A stretch of DNA of 64,000 nt from Pocillopora damicornis (Eukaryota), in contig NW_020844095.1 in the NCBI RefSeq assembly GCF_003704095.1, forward strand, positions 62,001-126,000. Reading direction: 5' to 3'. The notes beneath the pieces are model-generated. The model saw only the letters and a list, made by a program, of their open reading frames with translations. It made no database searches and had not been told where the DNA came from. Positions 1 to 11,500 of this stretch are shown here, one piece after another (within the stretch, counting starts at the first letter, position 1; each line of letters starts with the position of its first letter). A program made the position numbers and the translations under genes.

Positions 1-2327
1 CAAGACCAACCAACAGATCAGTTGTTGCTAGACAACGATACAAGAGTTTGGATGGNNNNNNNNNNGAAGATTCCTTGTGAAGGGCAATGAGGATAAGAGA
101 ATTCCCAAGAGTTGCTGTGATGGAAAGGAGAATGCTGACTGCTGAGAATGAAATGAACTGTAGTTTAAAATCACCTGCCCAATCCGGAGAGCATACCAAT
201 ATCTTAAATGTTTTCGTCTGCGTTGCATTTCCCGTTATATTTATTGTCGCCATCATCCTGCTGTCGNNNNNNNNNNNNNNNNNNNNNNNNNNNNNNNNNN
301 NNNNNNNNNNNNNNNNNNNNNNNNNNNNNNNNNNNNNNNNNNNNNNNNNNNNNNNNNNNNNNNNNNNNNNNNNNNNNNNNNNNNNNNNNNNNNNNNNNNN
401 NNNNNNNNNNNNNNNNNNNNNNNNNNNNNNNNNNNNNNNNNNNNNNNNNNNNNNNNNNNNNNNNNNNNNNNNNNNNNNNNNNNNNNNNNNNNNNNNNNNN
501 NNNNNNNNNNNNNNNNNNNNNNNNNNNNNNNNNNNNNNNNNNNNNNNNNNNNNNNNNNNNNNNNNNNNNNNNNNNNNNNNNNNNNNNNNNNNNNNNNNNN
601 ATTACACAAAAGAGAAAAAGAAGCCGTTTTCTCCGCGCGAATTTGAATTAGTAATAAGGGGAAAGTAAAACTCCATTTTTGATAGGTCAATTCCCCAACA
701 AAACAGAAAAAAAAGAAAAACTTCTTCACTCTAATAAACCTTCAGTGATAGGACATCGAAAGTCAACCGACAGTNNNNNNNNNNTCGACCAATTGCCGGC
801 CGACGCTTTGACCAACGCATCAGCCGACGTGTTGTTTGAATCGGGTTGGTTTTTTTACCCGGATAATAGCATGAATTATTAATTCACGTGATCTTGGGAC
901 GCNNNNNNNNNNNNNNNNNNNNNNNNNNNNNNNNNNNNNNNNNNNNNNNNNNNNNNNNNNNNNNNNNNNNNNNNNNNNNNNNNNNNNNNNNNNNNNNNNN
1001 NNAAGTTACAAGGTGTATTCAGTTAGTTCACAGACAAAATATGGAAACTTCAGCTAAAATATATTTCATACCAGCGTGATCAGAGGAGACCCTTCTCTTC
1101 GACCTTAGTTTGCGTATCAAAAATTCACTACTTTGTACGAAAGAATTCTCAAAATGCAGGCGTTAATAGGACCGAAAAAGCATATCAGTGCATAGTTTAT
1201 ATACCAATGAAGTCACGGATTGCCTCAAAACCGCGGGTATATCTCTAGCTTCCATCCAACAACTTCTTAAAAACAAAGCAAATCCATGTGTTTGCTCAAT
1301 TGCGCTCGTGTCAAAGATCATTTGCATGATTCTTGGAATTGACCAAGATCTCCTTTTGACAGTTCAGACTTCGTTCGTTTATCTTCTACGTTGAGGATTT
1401 TAGGTTTCCACAGCAACTGAATGGAGATTAGGTGCCGAGTTGTCCTAAAACGTTGCGTAAACGTGATCGGTCGTAACGCTTGCGCGCTTGCGTGACTTAC
1501 AAAATAGACAAAGGTGATCGGCAGGCGCCTTCACGATAATTTACGTTGAAATATCAGGTCATGAACTATGCACAGTGTGGAGAAGGTCAAAATTAAAGAA
1601 TAAAATTTGGCACTCTGGTGATAACAGACATATCGCGTTGCTTGAAAGGACACAAAAACAAGTTAAAATAGGTTGCAGTGTTTATATTTACAAAACAACA
1701 CGCACACACTCCGAAACAATTCTTGCAGTTTCTCCCGAGATTTAGTATACGGAACCCGATGAACTAACCCTCTTTGAGCAAATTTGTTCCCGTTATTAAT
1801 GATGTTACGCTCCTATGGACCACAACGGTTTTGAGCGACAAACTCGACATTTCCCAGCGACCATCAAAATCAACTGGACAGATCCAGCTTGATGTATTGC
1901 GTGACGTGATTGTGCAAACTTTTCTCTTCGTCATATGACCTGTTCCGCGGGTTCTACAAATTGAAACCAAAATTAGTTAGTGTAACAAATTTGAATCAAA
2001 AGTTATTAAAATGGACTAAATCATATTTTAATGAGAATTTCAACTTTTAAAAAGGTTTACTTGATTCATGGAAAGCAAAGATTGGAGCGGCTTTGGATAT
2101 TTAAGCTCATAAAAGAAAACTTTTCTCCGACGGGAAGTCGAGAGGACCGCTCCTAGCTTTACTTAAGTGCGTTTGTTTTGAATATGGTGCCATTTCCCCA
2201 TCAGAGTACAGTGTTCTTGAGGTTAGGTAAAGCCGGATGATATTGCGTTACAAAAGCACTATTTTTTTTGTTTGTTTACTTGTTTTCAAGTAACAGTTGT
2301 CTGCCTTATTTCTTTTTTCTGCACCAG

Positions 2328-2445
2328 AACAAGTGTTCGATAAACATATGCCACAATGATGCAACTTGTTTGAATGGATTTACAGATCAGGGTTTCCTTT
2401 GTTTGTGTCAAGCGGGGTACGCGGGAGAATACTGCCAAAAAGGAG
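2328..2445 (+). CDS. Internal exon encoding an EGF-like domain (NKCSINICHNDATCLNGFTDQGFLCLCQAGYAGEYCQKG)
   Basis: Six-Cys EGF spacing ending C-x-C-x2-G-Y-x-G-x2-C; polypyrimidine tract plus CAG acceptor ending at 2327; GT donor at 2446. The rest of the gene is obscured by N-gaps. Confidence 0.8.
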
Positions 2446-2514
2446 GTGAAAACTAAGAAATCATGATATACACTTTCAAATAAACATTAAATGGTTTGAA
2501 TTCGGGGGTAACAT

Positions 2515-2728
2515 GTGATCGTGTAGTCTGATCGTGCTGGTTAGGGTAGTCTTTGTCGGCTGTGGTGACTGACATTTCGACAACCTAAGCGGAAGTCGTC
2601 ATCAGGGTCAAGTGAAGAGATATTGTCAGTCAAATGCATTGTTCTAGTTCCTGTAAACTGATTGGTCAGCTTAGTTGTGATGTTAATGGCCATGAGGCAC
2701 AAGTGGCGCCATTCGGTCATGATTGCAT
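2515..2728. repeat. Interspersed repeat; its 3' part recurs at 3863-3948
   Basis: ctagttcctgtaaactgattggtcagcttagttgtgatgttaatggccatgag...cattcggtcatgattgcatg occurs near-identically at ~2644-2728 and 3863-3948. Confidence 0.6.
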
Positions 2729-2964
2729 GCAGTGGACTGTGGGTGCAGTTCGCTTTAGTTGTCTGTTATGTACCATACATCGCAATGAAAATTGTGATCT
2801 TCCTTAATACAAAGCGATCTCCGAATTTCATCATAATCGAGGGAATGATAATTGTCTTATTGTTATTTAACTCTACTTTAAACCCGTTAATTTACTGCTG
2901 GAGGATAAGTGAAGTGAGACGAGCAGTAAAGCAGACAATCAGACATGTAATCTGCTACGCATAG
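2729..2964 (+). pseudogene. 5'-truncated class A GPCR fragment (TM6, TM7, helix 8)
   Basis: Translation LWVQFALVVCYVPY...LLFNSTLNPLIYCWRISEVRRAVKQ contains the TM6 CxxP and TM7 NSxxNPxxY motifs; upstream sequence is a repeat rather than TM1-5. Confidence 0.75.
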
Positions 2965-4079
2965 AGACCTGTTTTAACGTTGGTATAGACTGTTTCTTCT
3001 GTAGCGTATTTGAAAAATTTTAATCGTTATAAGAGAATGGAGAAGATATGCCATTTCATGATAAAAAGAGTANNNNNNNNNNNNNNNNNNNNNNNNNNNN
3101 NNNNNNNNNNNNNNNNNNNNNNNNNNNNNNNNNNNNNNNNNNNNNNNNNNNNNNNNNNNNNNNNNNNNNNNNTTTAGAAATCTCCAGACTGCTTAAGCAT
3201 GCTGACATACGTATCATAGAACTTTCTAGAACATTTCATCAAGTCACGAAGTTATTACAGAATATTACTTAAATAGTAGTATTATAAGCTTGAATGCGGA
3301 GGNNNNNNNNNNNNNNNNNNNNNNNNNNNNNNNNNNNNNNNNNNNNNNNNNNNNNNNNNNNNNNNNNNNNNNNNNNNNNNNNNNNNNNNNNNNNNNNNNN
3401 NNNNNNNNNNNNNNNNNNNNNNNNNNNNNNNNNNNNNNNNNNNNNNNNNNNNNNNNNNNNNNNNNNNNNNNNNNNNNNNNNNNNNNNNNNNNNNNNNNNN
3501 NNNNNNNNNNNNNNNNNNNNNNNNNNNNNNNNNNNNNNNNNNNNNNNNNNNNNNNNNNNNNNNNNNNNNNNNNNNNNNNNNNNNNNNNNNNNNNNNNNNN
3601 NNNNNNNNNNNNNNNNNNNNNNNNNNNNNNNNNNNNNNNNNNNNNNNNNNNNNNNNNNNNNNNNNNNNNNNNNNNNNNNNNNNNNNNNNNNNNNNNNNNN
3701 NNNNNNNNNNNNNNNNNNNNNNNNNNNNNNNNNNNNNNNNNNNNNNNNNNNNNNNNNNNNNNNNNNNNNNNNNNNNNNNNNNNNNNNNNNNNNNNNNNNN
3801 NNNNNNNNNNNNNNNNNNNNNNNNNNNNNNNNNNNNNNNNNNNNNNNNNNNNNNNNNNNNNNCTAGTTCCTGTAAACTGATTGGTCAGCTTAGTTGTGAT
3901 GTTAATGGCCATGAGACATAAGTGGCGTCATTCGGTCATGATTGCATGATTTGCTGTTTGTCATTGTCTTTGTTTTTAGTTTTACACTCAAAAAGGTGCT
4001 CTCAAGATACAATTTTTTGTGCGGGACACAGAGCGAGGCTTCAAATTAAGTGTACCCTCAAGTGTACCACCTTTTTTAG

Positions 4080-4431
4080 GTGGCAGTGGTGGCGGATTCT
4101 ACTCCAGCGGAAGAAGTGGAACGAATTTTGATGGGAGCATTGGGGATCGGTGAGAAGGTGGTATGGGATTTCTTCAGGGAGGGGTGGGTGGAAGAGCTAA
4201 GACAAACAATATCATGGGTGGGTTTGGAGGTGGTGGTGGATCTTATGGGAAAGGAGGATTGAATGGGGGAGGGGGAGGAGGAGGAGGAGGGTACTCTGGG
4301 GGAGGCAGTGGAGGGAGTGAAAGACATTCCTGTTGGGGTGGAGGTGGATCCTACAATTCTGGAAAGAGTAAAAAAATGAATGCTGTTTCAATGAAGCTGA
4401 GCATGGTCAGGTGACCATCATTTTACTGTAG
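4080..4431 (+). pseudogene. Terminal exon of an ALK/LTK-like glycine-rich domain protein, disrupted by a stop and a frameshift
   Basis: Acceptor ttttttag at 4079; reads GGSGGGFYSSGRSG..., in-frame TGA at 4151-4153, then EGGMGFLQGGVGG...GGFGGGGG...GGGYSGGGSG...GGGGSYNSG; after a shift in the A-run near 4370 it continues NECCFNEAEHGQVTIILL* to 4431. Confidence 0.65.
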
Positions 4432-4818
4432 AACAAAGAGATCACGTCTGTCACCAAACACATTATCGAGTGAAATAAAACTAAAATAAGAGCACAGTCT
4501 GAAAAAATATTAGACAAAATTTCAAGAAAGCCAAAATTAAAAACAAACATGGTTAAACCTCGGAAACGACGATTCCATTTCATCGAAAGGGATTCGGACA
4601 CAGACTGAACAACTCCTTGAACTGTTTAGCCGGACTTTGAACTTTTTTGCGCCTTAAAGATGTGAAGATATCATTGCATATTATTGTTTTGATCGTACGC
4701 GGTTGTTTTGACCAAACGCACGGTTTGAATAAATTATTTTTGCACGTGATGCGCGCTTTTTGCTTATGCTTAATTATGATAGGCCATCCAGTAATTTTTT
4801 CTTCTATATTATTAACAC

Positions 4819-4899
4819 GTAATCACAACATGATTTTTCTCGTGGAATTTGAAATAAACAAGCACTTGTTAATTTTTTCAAAGACCACAGATTGCACTC

Positions 4900-4932
<33 letters not shown>

Positions 4933-4934
4933 AA

Positions 4935-4970
<36 letters not shown>

Positions 4971-4987
4971 TCGTAATCATGTGATTA
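4819..4987. mobile_element. Palindromic MITE-like element
   Basis: Imperfect inverted arms taatcacaacatgatt...aatttgaaataaacaagcac / gtgcttatttattccaaatt...aatcatgtgatta around a central tgcactcgccctacgggctcgtgca. Confidence 0.6.
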
Positions 4988-6344
4988 TCTATACAAATGA
5001 GTTTAATTCGCATGTGAGTGAAAACTTATTGTCATATGAAAGAATGAGCACCAGGACTCATTTTGAAATTGAGTCCAAAGGTAATTCGGAAATGGCCTAT
5101 TCATCGGGAAACTCGTGTCTTTAGCACTCTTTTGTTTTTTCTCCTTTACGTTTTTGCAACAAAGCCCTGTCAATCCAGGGCACCTGCATCCCTCCACACA
5201 TCCGCTTCGATTATCTTTTCCTTTAGGATTGCGCACTCGCGGCCGAACGGGTCACAAGATAAAAAGGTTTTTAATTTGGAAAAAGTGTTTCATTGTGACA
5301 ATTTTGAAAAGAAAAGTAAAAAAAGACAATATATCTTTAACAGTTTTACTGTAATCGGATTTTCTTTGATGTCCGACTTGCTTGAGAACAAACTGTCTTA
5401 CAATTGCGTTCCCTATATCATTTTTTAGATCCATGAAGTTTTAATATAACTTTTTATTCACTCAAATTGCGTCCATCTGCCTTGTCGAGAAAGATAATCG
5501 AAAGCAAAACACATGATGCACTTAAAATTTTTTGCCGGGAAGTTATTCAAATTCGCTTTCATATCCTAGAGGCTTCCTTTGAATAATCGGAAAAAATATT
5601 CAAGTTGGTGTGGATGAGAAGTTCTGGCCGTTTAACCGAATGATCCACTTTTTCGCTCAGCAAGACTCATTTATCGATTTTTCAGAGTTGAAATAACGCA
5701 GCTGCACCTTTCCCACAAATACCCAGTTTGTGTATTTTCCTCCGGTGGGTTTCAGCCGAGGTGCTAAAAACATCTGCCATTGCCTAAACTTTGTATTTTT
5801 TAGTTTTCGATTTCGTTGGTACTAGATCTCAGCTAATCGTTACCAATTTGCTTTCCAAGATAAAAAATGAACGGTAATATTTCTACGTTTTAAAAAAAAA
5901 AACTATGGAGTGTGAAAAGATTTAATACGTCGACGTGTGATTAAGGCAAAATGAGCATGTGACACGCGAAATTGTACAGAAAAGCGAGGGTGAGTCGTGA
6001 ATTACATTCTGAGCCGGCGTGAGGCGTGATTTTAGTCCTGAAATATACGTGATATCTTACCCTTTTTTCTTTGCTTTCGTGTTACCGTGAGCTTATAAAA
6101 AGGTTTCTTCTCAAAACTTCGTTTTGGTAATTCTATTGTAAACAAGGAAATAGCATTTCATTTGAATTTGAATGGAAATTTTGCTGCTACACAAACATGC
6201 TTGTCGAGATAAGTATATTCCAGTCGCTCGTCGAGTATTTCTAATAGGATTAATGATATCATAATTTAACCTATAAGTGCGGACGAAATACGTCTTTGAA
6301 GATTGCTTTTAATGTCTCTGAAAATTTAAGGATAAAAAGCAACA

Positions 6345-6668
6345 CTAGCAAACAATGACGTTTCGCCGACGACATGAATGTCATCATTATCAAATGCAAT
6401 TAAGAAAAGATTACCGATAATGTAAATATATTATGCAGAAAACGAAGTTGTGAAAGATGACATGAAAATGTGAACTAATTGGGAAGTTTTTGAGTGTTTT
6501 CGTGTCTGTTCGAGTGTCCAAGGTTGGTCTTCTTTCCCATATGAGCAACATTTCATGAATGGGGCACTCAAGCGTGTCAAACTTTCCTCGGCAGTTTTTT
6601 AAGATCATTAAATGATGGCGAAGATTACTAAGCCCTTGTAGGTGTTCTTTTAGGTGTTTGCCAATCAC
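6345..6668 (-). mobile_element. Penelope-like retroelement remnant (C-terminal GIY-YIG endonuclease region plus terminal sequence)
   Basis: IGKHLKEH...ILKNCRGKFD...IHEMLLIWERRPTLDTRTD resembles the C-terminus of Penelope GIY-YIG domains (ILKKC..KFDCLIYEMLFI...KPSLN), followed by a GATAATGATGAC...GGCGAAACGTC end motif. Recognised by pattern, not by search. Confidence 0.6.
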
Positions 6669-6847
6669 AGAGTATTTGTGTTCTTCAATGTTTTAAAGGA
6701 GATAACAGCTCGTGAAGCTTATATATTTTGTATCACACGAACAAACGCATTGATTGAAGGTTTGAAGCCAAATCTAAATCGACTTTCGCTTCTAAGAACG
6801 CCGCTTTTGCAAATTTGTCCACGACTAACATGGCGTCAAGGATCGAG

Positions 6848-7975
6848 TTATTCCGTGTCCTCTTCAATCGGAGAAAGGCATTTCTCAAAGTTCATTCTAA
6901 ATCCTTTAGGACCCTCAATGGTTTCCACAGATAATATTACTTCCCTAGGTCTGTCCTCCTGCACTGCTTCGAAATATGCTCGGGAGGATGCCCTTTGGAA
7001 GCTTGCTTGAGTTGTCGAGCTATTTACACCATTCTTGTTATCCAAAATAAATGTAACGCCAAATAGTCTACCGATTCGTATCAGCATTCTTCTAACTCCA
7101 GCACGAAATTCCCTTTTGCGAATTGAATAAATAATTGGGTTTGTTAGTGAGCTTACGTAGAAGATACACCGCGTGAATGGTATAATTTCAAGTAAGAATT
7201 TCTTCTTGTTAAGATAAAACAGGGTATTAGTTATCCACTCGGGTAGATAACAGAGTAAAAATACCGTGATAATGATGCATACGTCGACGGCTGCCTTCCG
7301 ATCTAAGATCCTTTGTACCTCAAATTGCTCCTGTTTATGCAGGTCAGAACCCTCGAGGGATCCGAGTTGTGCTGCTGCTACAATGTTGATCTGAAGTATG
7401 TTTGCTGTTTTAAAAACTCTCCAATTTAGGTAAAGGATTATAATAAAAGGGACAACGAACAAAGTTAATGTCAAAGGAAATATAATCTTGTGGGAGCTCA
7501 CTGCTGACTTGCAAAATGGCACTTCTGGATTGTAAAAGAATCCCGAATCGAAGAAGAAAGGAGCTGAGCACAGAAGGGAAGGCAGCGCCCATATAAGCAC
7601 TAATTCCAGAACTCTTGAGGCAGTTATGGAGCCATCGTATGTCAAAGGCGATTTTACAATGGCGATGTATCGTTCATAAGAAACGGCAATGAAATGGAGA
7701 ACCGTACTCAAATAGAAATATCTTGTAACAGCAATATGAAGAATACACATTGTTTCACCATACAACCATCTCTCTTGAGCTACGCTTGCGATGTTGAGCG
7801 AGTTTCCCAGTATCAAAAGGAGACAGTCTGACACAGCAAGGCTAGCGAGAAGAATATACCGCATCCTATGAAAACTGCTTTCCATGAAAATGGTTGTTAT
7901 CACCAATAAATTTCCAGGTAGACCGACAACGTCGATGACAGCATGCAAACCTGTAAGGATTTGCGAGTAAACCAT
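6848..7975 (-). CDS. Intronless rhodopsin-like (class A) GPCR, 375 aa, ligand unknown
   Basis: TM1 GN, TM2 LAVSD, ECL1 W-x-Y-G plus Cys, TM3 ERYIAI, TM4 W, TM6 CYLP and TM7 NPIIY; ATG start and uninterrupted frame. Confidence 0.93.
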   Translation of the reverse strand: MVYSQILTGLHAVIDVVGLPGNLLVITTIFMESSFHRMRYILLASLAVSDCLLLILGNSLNIASVAQERWLYGETMCILHIAVTRYFYLSTVLHFIAVSYERYIAIVKSPLTYDGSITASRVLELVLIWALPSLLCSAPFFFDSGFFYNPEVPFCKSAVSSHKIIFPLTLTLFVVPFIIILYLNWRVFKTANILQINIVAAAQLGSLEGSDLHKQEQFEVQRILDRKAAVDVCIIITVFLLCYLPEWITNTLFYLNKKKFLLEIIPFTRCIFYVSSLTNPIIYSIRKREFRAGVRRMLIRIGRLFGVTFILDNKNGVNSSTTQASFQRASSRAYFEAVQEDRPREVILSVETIEGPKGFRMNFEKCLSPIEEDTE

Positions 7976-8344
7976 GTTTGATTCGGCACGGCGCTATAAA
8001 AATTTTGCCCTCTTCAAACGATTCTTGGTTTATTTGTGTGATCCAAGGTTTCGCGAAACAGCATGGTTTTAATCTTAGAGAATCAACCACAAAGAAAATT
8101 TTTCAGGAAACAGGTCGAAACGGGGACAACAAATTTGCCTTAGATTTTTAGGGACTATACTTAAACTTCCGTTGGCAAATTTGCTTTCAATTAAACACAA
8201 AGAAACAGCCCCCGTAAATGACGCATGGAAATTAAATCTAACGAATCACAGGTTATTAAAATTCGGAGAAAAACTATGAGCCATGGAGTGTGGCGATGGG
8301 TTTATACATCGACATGATTAAGAAAAACAATTTTTGAGTAATTA

Positions 8345-8510
8345 GGATTAAAATAGAAAGTCAGGGATATTAAGGCTGGCAAGAAGAATATACTGCATTA
8401 TATGAAACTTGATTTCCGTAAAAAATCGTTTTCGCAAACAGTAAATTTCCAGGCAGATCGACAATGTCGATGGTAGCATGAAAACCAGCGAGGAACTGCA
8501 AGAAAACCAT
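8345..8510 (-). pseudogene. Frameshifted, truncated tandem paralog of the 5' end of the adjacent GPCR
   Basis: Reads MVFLQFLAGFHATIDIVDLPGNLLFAKTIF, then after a frameshift TEIKFHIMQYILLASLNIPDFLF, matching MVYSQILTGLHAVIDVVGLPGNLLVITTIFMESSFHRMRYILLASLAVSDCLL; 5' flanks are also similar (ggcacggcgcta; ggttattaaaattc at ~8251 and ~8783). Confidence 0.85.
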
Positions 8511-11500
8511 ATTTGATATGGCACGGCGCTACCAAATGTCTTGTTTGTCTACAGACTCTTGCTCCGTGTGATCTCAGTTTTGATAAACAGATAGTGTCTA
8601 AGCATTTAAGGCGACAGCTAGATAAATGTTGTTAGGATACACGTTTAGAGAGAGCCAATGATACTGCTCTCGACTCTTAGGGAAAATAATTAAATTTCGC
8701 ACGATTTATTTTCCTTTGCCCAAAAACTAATAATGAAATTCTGTTGTCGATTATGCATAAAATTTGGGTCGGAAGATCTTCGGGTTATTAAAATTCACAC
8801 AGTAGCTTGGGAGTGACCAACCTTTTTTTAGGAATTACCATGTTAAAATCTGGAAAAAAAGTCAGGATGACAATTTTTATTAAAAAAATTTAAGAAAAGC
8901 AAATTGCTAGACAAAATGATCGAAAACGATGTAAAGAAAAGTTGCGTTTTAATGCAAACATTTACTTAGTGGACATGTAGTTCAATTAACAATTTTACAA
9001 GAACTGTAGAAGGTCTCGAGGCGCGGGCGCCTGACGTTGTTGACTTCATTTCAATAATATATATGGTTATATGTGGCCAATTTGTGGAGCAGAGAAGCTT
9101 TTGATTGTGTTCCGTTCTGTCTGAAAGCGCGCCGCTAGAGGCTAGAGCACGAAAGAAGTGAAAGGGGACGTAGTCGAGTGTAGTCGAGTGTAGCCGAGTG
9201 TTTCTCCCTACCTCTAAAATTCATGATGCAAGCGAACAAATGTGCGCAATTTTTTTTACAAGAAGCTTGTCAGAGTAAAACTAATAAGACTACCTTTAAT
9301 CTGGCGACTAAGTAGACGATTATTTATATAAAGGAATTAATTGCGCGTTTCAGGTTTAGTTTATTCAGTTAGTTTTTATTGGATCGAGGTCATGTGTAAC
9401 AGTTTGTTTTTCCAAAAGACTCTAGGGGTAGAATTTAGTAATCCTCTTTTATCGGGAGTCTAGGAAGACTTTATATAAAAGGATTAATTTGTAAGTCAAT
9501 GTGAAGCTTTTTCAGCTCCAAGCGGGTCAGTAAAAATGCCAAGATCAGCACAGTTTAGAAAATTAAAGGACTTAAAATGCAAACTTAATATATTAAGGAC
9601 TTATGGTATGTCTTTTCCTCTGCATAGCCACCAAAAAGGCCTGTCACTGCTTGAGTTTATCAATTAGATGGGAAAAGCATTGATATATCACTAAACTAAT
9701 TGAAACTGACCCTTAGGTTAGATAAACAATGTTTAATTAGGAATCACTGACAATTTAGCTGCAAATGTGTAAAACTGGCACGTGTAAGTTTTACATGTCT
9801 GAAAGCGGACGGAATAATCCTGAAACTATCGAAATTTCAACTTTGATTCGATATCAACACATGATTTGGACTAGACCAGGTCATGAAACAAGAGCGCAAA
9901 CATCCCAAATTCTGAATAGCAATTATGCTATTATACAATTATGCAATATTTCAATTATGCTATATTTCCATGTAAATTAGTTGTGATATTTTGGTGTTAA
10001 ATCCAGTTTGATGTGTAACATAATGAAACTGTGGAGGGTTATTTAATACTTGATCGTCACTTCTCATTGGCTAATTGCGCTACGTGTATAAACGTGTAAG
10101 TTAAAGGGTTAAAATTTCAATTCATTCAATTCTGGAACGTTTTCAAAAGTCACAATTTGATATAGAGAAAGATGTTTCTTTTCGTCTTAGCACGAATTTT
10201 GGACAAAGAAAAAAACCCGCGTCCCGTTCGGGAATCAAATCTTGCACTTTCGGAACTTCTTTTCGCGGATCAAAGACATTCGGCAAAATTCAAGTACCGT
10301 AAAATCGCTCTCCGAAACTCGTGACAAAACCCAAAAAAAAAATTATCTCTTTATTTCATGACCAGCTCATAATTAATAATCTTTCTCAATCTAATTAGTT
10401 ACAATGTTTTGTTAGTTTTCAGTGTCGCTCGATTTATCTAATCGCTATTGATGGTCAGACGTTGGATCGCAATAATCCGCCCCTTTAAGGGAATCATAAT
10501 GGCACGAGATGAACACGCGCCAAGTTTCTGACTGGACACATGATTTTCATTTTCTTTACGCCTTAAAACCGATTTGACTACGACTTACTGACATAATGCC
10601 TACTATAAGGAAAATCTGATGGATCGTTAAGCTTCTCTGAAATCATTCCTGAATTCAAATTTCAATAATTTGAGAGTTTAACTCTCCACTGCATCTAAAA
10701 ATTAACAGAAGGTTAACGACCCCCTTATTTTTTCTTAAAATTTACATGAAGGTATCTACCATTCGTGATGAGGGTTCATTGCGATCAAAAATAAGTTCTC
10801 TCAGCAGTTCAGTTATGTTGCTATGTGCTCAGTAAGCCCAAACAACTTAAACCTGAGGTGAAAAAAGTCAACAGATTCAGATTTCATGACTACCGACGAA
10901 AAACGATCATCCCAATTTAGCTTGAAAACAATGATAAGCCCTCAACGGATTTATATCAAACAATATAGAAAGCCCACACTACACACTCATTTACCATGGA
11001 AGTAAAGCGTTATTTACCATAAGTAAATTAAATCTATTTAGTCTGGTTTCTTTCTGTCTTACTATTTTCAATAAAAAGGAACTCTTTTTAAGTATGCAGA
11101 CTGAGGCTACTTAAAAAGCCTACAGTCCTTCCAGTCTCCAGGCTCCAGAAGTGATCAGACAAGACTTGATCATGCATGGTTAGCTTTCTTACCATTTCAC
11201 TAAAATAGCTTTTGTTTTGAGAGCAGTAATTAAAGGATTTGTGGTTGTTGGGTACAACAGACAATCGAAAGCAATATTTTCCCCTATCTGCCAAAAACGT
11301 TAATTCAGTTAAGCATGGCCGCCAAATAACAACAGTTTTCTGCAAAATATAAGCAAACTTAATTCTACAGAAATATCGATCCAAAAATGTATCAACATCG
11401 CATCAGGTCATGCCTCTACTGTCGTTACGCTTTCATCATTCACAAACTACGTCTTATTTCCTTGGTCAAACAGAGACCAATGATTGCGAAAATGTTGGTG

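Noticed and set aside
87-668. ORFs spanning N-runs (also 888-1079, 3048-3912, 18570-19100, 36138-36518)
   Set aside because: Their length is an artefact of assembly gaps. The hydrophobic stretch at ~200-266 may be real but cannot be assigned.
9171-9200. Short direct repeats (tagtcgagtg x3; also 12367-12422)
   Set aside because: Simple slippage repeats without spacers; not CRISPR-like, and the context is eukaryotic.
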